This document shows positions 60,326 to 64,000 of a DNA stretch of 64,000 nucleotides, piece by piece (the stretch's first letter is position 1; every line of letters starts with the position of its first letter). A program made the translations under genes and the position numbers. The notes under the pieces were generated by a model. The model ran no database searches and had not been told where the DNA came from. It saw only the letters and a list, made by a program, of their open reading frames with translations. Source of the DNA: Botryllus schlosseri (lineage: Eukaryota); assembly GCA_051294905.1 (NCBI GenBank), contig CM119378.1, forward strand, positions 434,001-498,000, given 5' to 3'.

Positions 60326-61123
60326 CATGCGTGGTCAACCTTGTTTGCTATTGGCGGCCGCATTTCGATGACTTATATGGTATACGGTCGCATTCCAGGA
60401 AACATTCGCAATGAACTTTTCTGGTGAACTCCGGACTATTCTACTGTTTCATATCATCTTACTATACGCACCGAAATCGCTACATAGTGGTCATGTTACG
60501 TATAAATACCCGGATCGGTTCGCGCGAAAATTATTTCAGTTTCACGAATTTCGTCATTAATATTCTTAGTTTCACATATTACTATTAAATATATATCCTT
60601 TCTCAGCTAAAGCGGTCAGATTCATCAGTAGAGTTGATGGAGGGTGTGTTTTCGAAAATTTAGGGCAAGTTAAAAATGATGATGCATCTTCGGGTGGGCC
60701 AATTGTTAGTATAGTCGCGTGTTGTTATTTCTTGATCTCCCATCAGGATTGTCGGTATAGTGGAAAGATGTTTGGGATCTCCTAAACGTACCAGAAATAA
60801 ATTTATTTCGTAAGGAGCGCACGATTCCAAATTGGTATTTCTATAAGGGGTGCATCATTTTCCTCCACTGTTCGCATGTCTACTGTGGGGTTCAGATTGC
60901 AAATGGCTCAACGACTATATTAAAGTCGAAAAATGAAGCCGCATTGAATCACACCTAGCGCGAAGAAAATTATTTCAATATCAGTCAAAATATCTCAAAA
61001 ACTCGGGAGTCAATTCGTAAATTCAATTTTTATGTCGACGGCCCCCAACACATAGCCTACTAATTGAATTCCGTGTCCGCGACCGCACAAATTTCCTTCT
61101 AAGGCCGCAGGTTGGCCACCCCG
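60326..61123. mobile_element. Diverged hAT MITE abutting the truncated transposase 5' end
   Basis: gtggtcaacc / ggttggccac; ctagag on both flanks. Confidence 0.6.
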
Positions 61124-61497
61124 TACTAGAGTAACATTTTTTGGGTTTTGTTCGTAATTAAATATGTTTGTGATGGTATTCATGTGATTTTACGGTAGTG
61201 TCTGCTCAGTGCTGAGTCGAGGTAAAATTGTCTTGCAAACATAAACATATAGGCTAATTTCACGCCGAAGACCGTGGATTAACCGACCGCGCCAATCTCT
61301 TAGACAATATCCAGAGATGAATCGTTTTGGAGTAGGACCAAGCCCTCGTCGAGCTATCTTGCTCATTTCGCAATACTTCCAGACGTAGCCTACTACGAGT
61401 ACAATCCACCGCACGAAAACACCTGGCAACAGCGATACCTGGCCAAGTGGCCCTCCACAAAATTATTTAATCGAAGACGAATGATAGTACTAATTGC

Positions 61498-63440
61498 CAG
61501 TGGCGGCTCGTGACAATATCGGATGGTGGGGCAAGGGCTGCAAGCGACTTTTCACCAAGATGACGTCACAATGGCGTTTTCCAACGTAAACAAGTAACTT
61601 AATGATGGTACGGTAACATGAATTTCCCGGCAACAGTGATTTTAACGTATGTGCCACGAGAGGTCCGCTGGTGAGCTGTGACTTGAAGTGTGGTAACTGC
61701 GTAAACGGCGTACGGAACAAAGATTCAACACGGTTCATGTTCGCATTACACCTGACTAATTATCTGCAGAAATGGAAATGACTATAACTCGAGAGATAGC
61801 GTAAGCCTAATTGGAAAGGTCAACGAATTCGGACAGATACGCAATTGTTATCTCATAGATTGGGCCTGTCCTATTGAATCCAAAACATCATTCTAAAGAA
61901 CTAAGAATAGCAGCCTCGGAAATTTGGTCTCGGTAGTCGGTACAGCATAAGAGATTTTGGCCTTGAAACTGGAGACTGTAACACGACACATACGTTTTTA
62001 TTACCGTCTTATAGGTCTGCTGCGAAATCGCCTTTGGAAAATATATTACCGAATAAATACGTGGATGAAAGCCTTAAACTTGGTACACTGTTACATGACA
62101 TTATCGAGAAGTGGCCTCATGGCCCTTTTCGGTATGGTACACTGTCGAAATTAATGCGAACAGACCAACACCGAATTTTGCGTAAAATTTACTGAGGAAT
62201 AGGCTGATCAAGTGATCAGCTGTTAGCCGCCATCGAAAACGAAATAACTATCGCGCTTGACAGGGGGTTGTAAGCAAAGGGCTTGAAGGCCACAATTTCA
62301 CGGTGAAATTGACATTGGAGAATATAATATCAAAGTAAATATTTGAAAGCAAACTGAGAATGATATCATCATCTCAGTTAACGTTACCGCAGATACACCG
62401 GCTTTTGCGTGAAATCCGCAATGTGTTGTAGGCTAAAGTGTCAGATCGGAGCACATCTTTACCATACTCGACCTTGATAACGAAATTACTGCCCTAATCA
62501 TTGAGTGTCAACCTTGAGACTTGGCACAGCGTTCGATACTAAAATCAAGACATACCGTGCAAAAGCTTATGACAGATCTAGGTAAGGAGCATCGTTAAAA
62601 TCAATAGAGACCAATACCGGCTTTGCGTATAATCTGTTAGCGATAAATGACGAGTCAGCTCTCACTCGAATTAGGAAACGAAATTACCACTAACACAGTT
62701 CAGTGACAAACTTAAAACTTGGTACAGCGTTCGATACTAACATTAAGACTTACCGTGCCAAATGTCATAACCGATCTTAGTATTGAGCATCGTCAAAACC
62801 AATGGATACCAATACCGGCTTTTGAGTAAAATCTGTTTGCGATACATGACGGATCAGCACACACTCAACTTCGGAAACGGAATTACTACCCTAAACTTTA
62901 AGTAGAAACCCTGAAACTTGGGGCAGTGTTAAATACCACCATCACGACATGACATCACAAGTTTCAAGAGTTTTCATGGTGTGAAACCCCATAAAAATCG
63001 ACCTATACCAGCAAAGGTCGACTTAACGCATATGACGGTAACAGAGTTCAGCTATAGATACGATTGTTACATCACACCTTAAGGGCACAGAGCTATCGTG
63101 CCCCGGTTGCTCGGTAATTTTATGAATAGGAGAGAGTAAATCACCGTTTCTTTATCGGGCGCGGCTTTGAGAGAATAGACAGTGAAAGCTTGTAATGAGC
63201 GCTACCGGGGCAAGCCCCGGCTAGGCATTCGCAAAGCGAAAGCACAGAAGAGAATTCGATTTTCGCAGAGACTTCGCTATATATGGGCATTTACAAGCGA
63301 AAGGACAAGAAGTATACGATTTTCGCTGGGATTTCGGTTTATATAGATAGGTGTGCGTCTATAAATGGTAAAGAATTGTTATTGAGCAGAATTTTAGGTG
63401 GGGCAATGCCCCAGTTGCCCTATAGGACGAGCCGCCACTG
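61498..63440. mobile_element. hAT-like element with internal Helitron-like array
   Basis: cagtggcggctcgt / acgagccgccactg; TSD ctaattgc. Confidence 0.88.
61765..63224 (+). mobile_element. Helitron-like non-autonomous element with about 200-bp internal tandem repeats
   Basis: Repeated AAACTTGG(T/C)AC units; 3' hairpin ccgggg-caag-ccccgg followed by CTAG; 5' boundary uncertain. Confidence 0.45.
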
Positions 63441-64000
63441 CTAATTGCGTAGTTTAGTGAGGCAGCTAGTACTTAGCGAGTCGCTCGCATGTCGTCAACT
63501 GAGACAGCTTGAGCTTTGACTCAAATCGAACATGTTTCCGGGCCTAATCTTACCTCACGAATTTCTGCATCAGTTTGAAATTTGACGTTTTATTTGTGTA
63601 CCAATTGGGCAGCCTTCAACATCTTGCACCTTGAAATTAAGGTATAAAATCCTGATATACCTCGCGGACCGGCAGAAATGTCGTCACGGACCGGCGGTTG
63701 AAAATCACTGGTATAGACGACCTTGAAATTTTGATAATGCAATGTGATATATTTTAAAATGACGTTCTATGCTCGGGCGATTAGACGTCCAGGCTTGCAC
63801 TTGCTTATCGTTGGTGCACACGGCACTAAATTTCGATTTAATTAAAAATTTGGACTCAACATTTTTGAATTATTAAATACACATTAAATTATAATCAGTA
63901 CTTTTCTAATCTATGATGAGGCAAGGGCTGGTTAGTTATGTTGGGTTCTCGATGCTAATTAGTTTCATTAGCTGCATGAGTTGCATTGTACGAAATAAAC

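Larger units (their letters stand above)
58171..63710. mobile_element. hAT element (outer layer) holding several nested elements
   Basis: cactggttctcaacc / ggttgaaaatcactg; TSD gtatagac. Confidence 0.8.

Noticed and set aside
62390..62950. CRISPR-like repeat-spacer array
   Set aside because: Whole units are homologous, there are no unique spacers or cas genes, and the context is eukaryotic

Overview
Eukaryotic, AT-rich, transposon-saturated animal DNA. The 53-59 bp mini-introns and splice acceptors just upstream of both start codons suggest an invertebrate chordate such as an ascidian, but this is inference only. Two divergent host genes were reconstructed by hand with phase-consistent GT-AG junctions. 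One is a RIN-family Rab5 GEF (minus strand, 12 coding exons, 22054-6616, about 1133 aa) with VPS9 and RA domains, no SH2 exon found, and a long acidic P/S/T/E tail. The other is HYLS1 (plus strand, 9 coding exons, 34615-51261, 347 aa). The rest is mobile DNA: a TRIM-like mini LTR element, an internally deleted Gypsy whose PBS is a 39-nt tRNA-Leu copy, CR1/L2-like LINE fragments including an inverted pair, many nested hAT MITEs, a hAT transposase ORF, a Tc1/mariner-like relic and a Helitron-like array. The most notable signal is a dispersed family of small minus-strand type I hammerhead-ribozyme motifs (five copies) with a palindromic stem III and a covarying loop-II pseudoknot. Two of them sit in short TSD-flanked non-coding insertions with a snap-back hairpin at one junction. 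Coordinates were counted by eye and may be off by a few bases.
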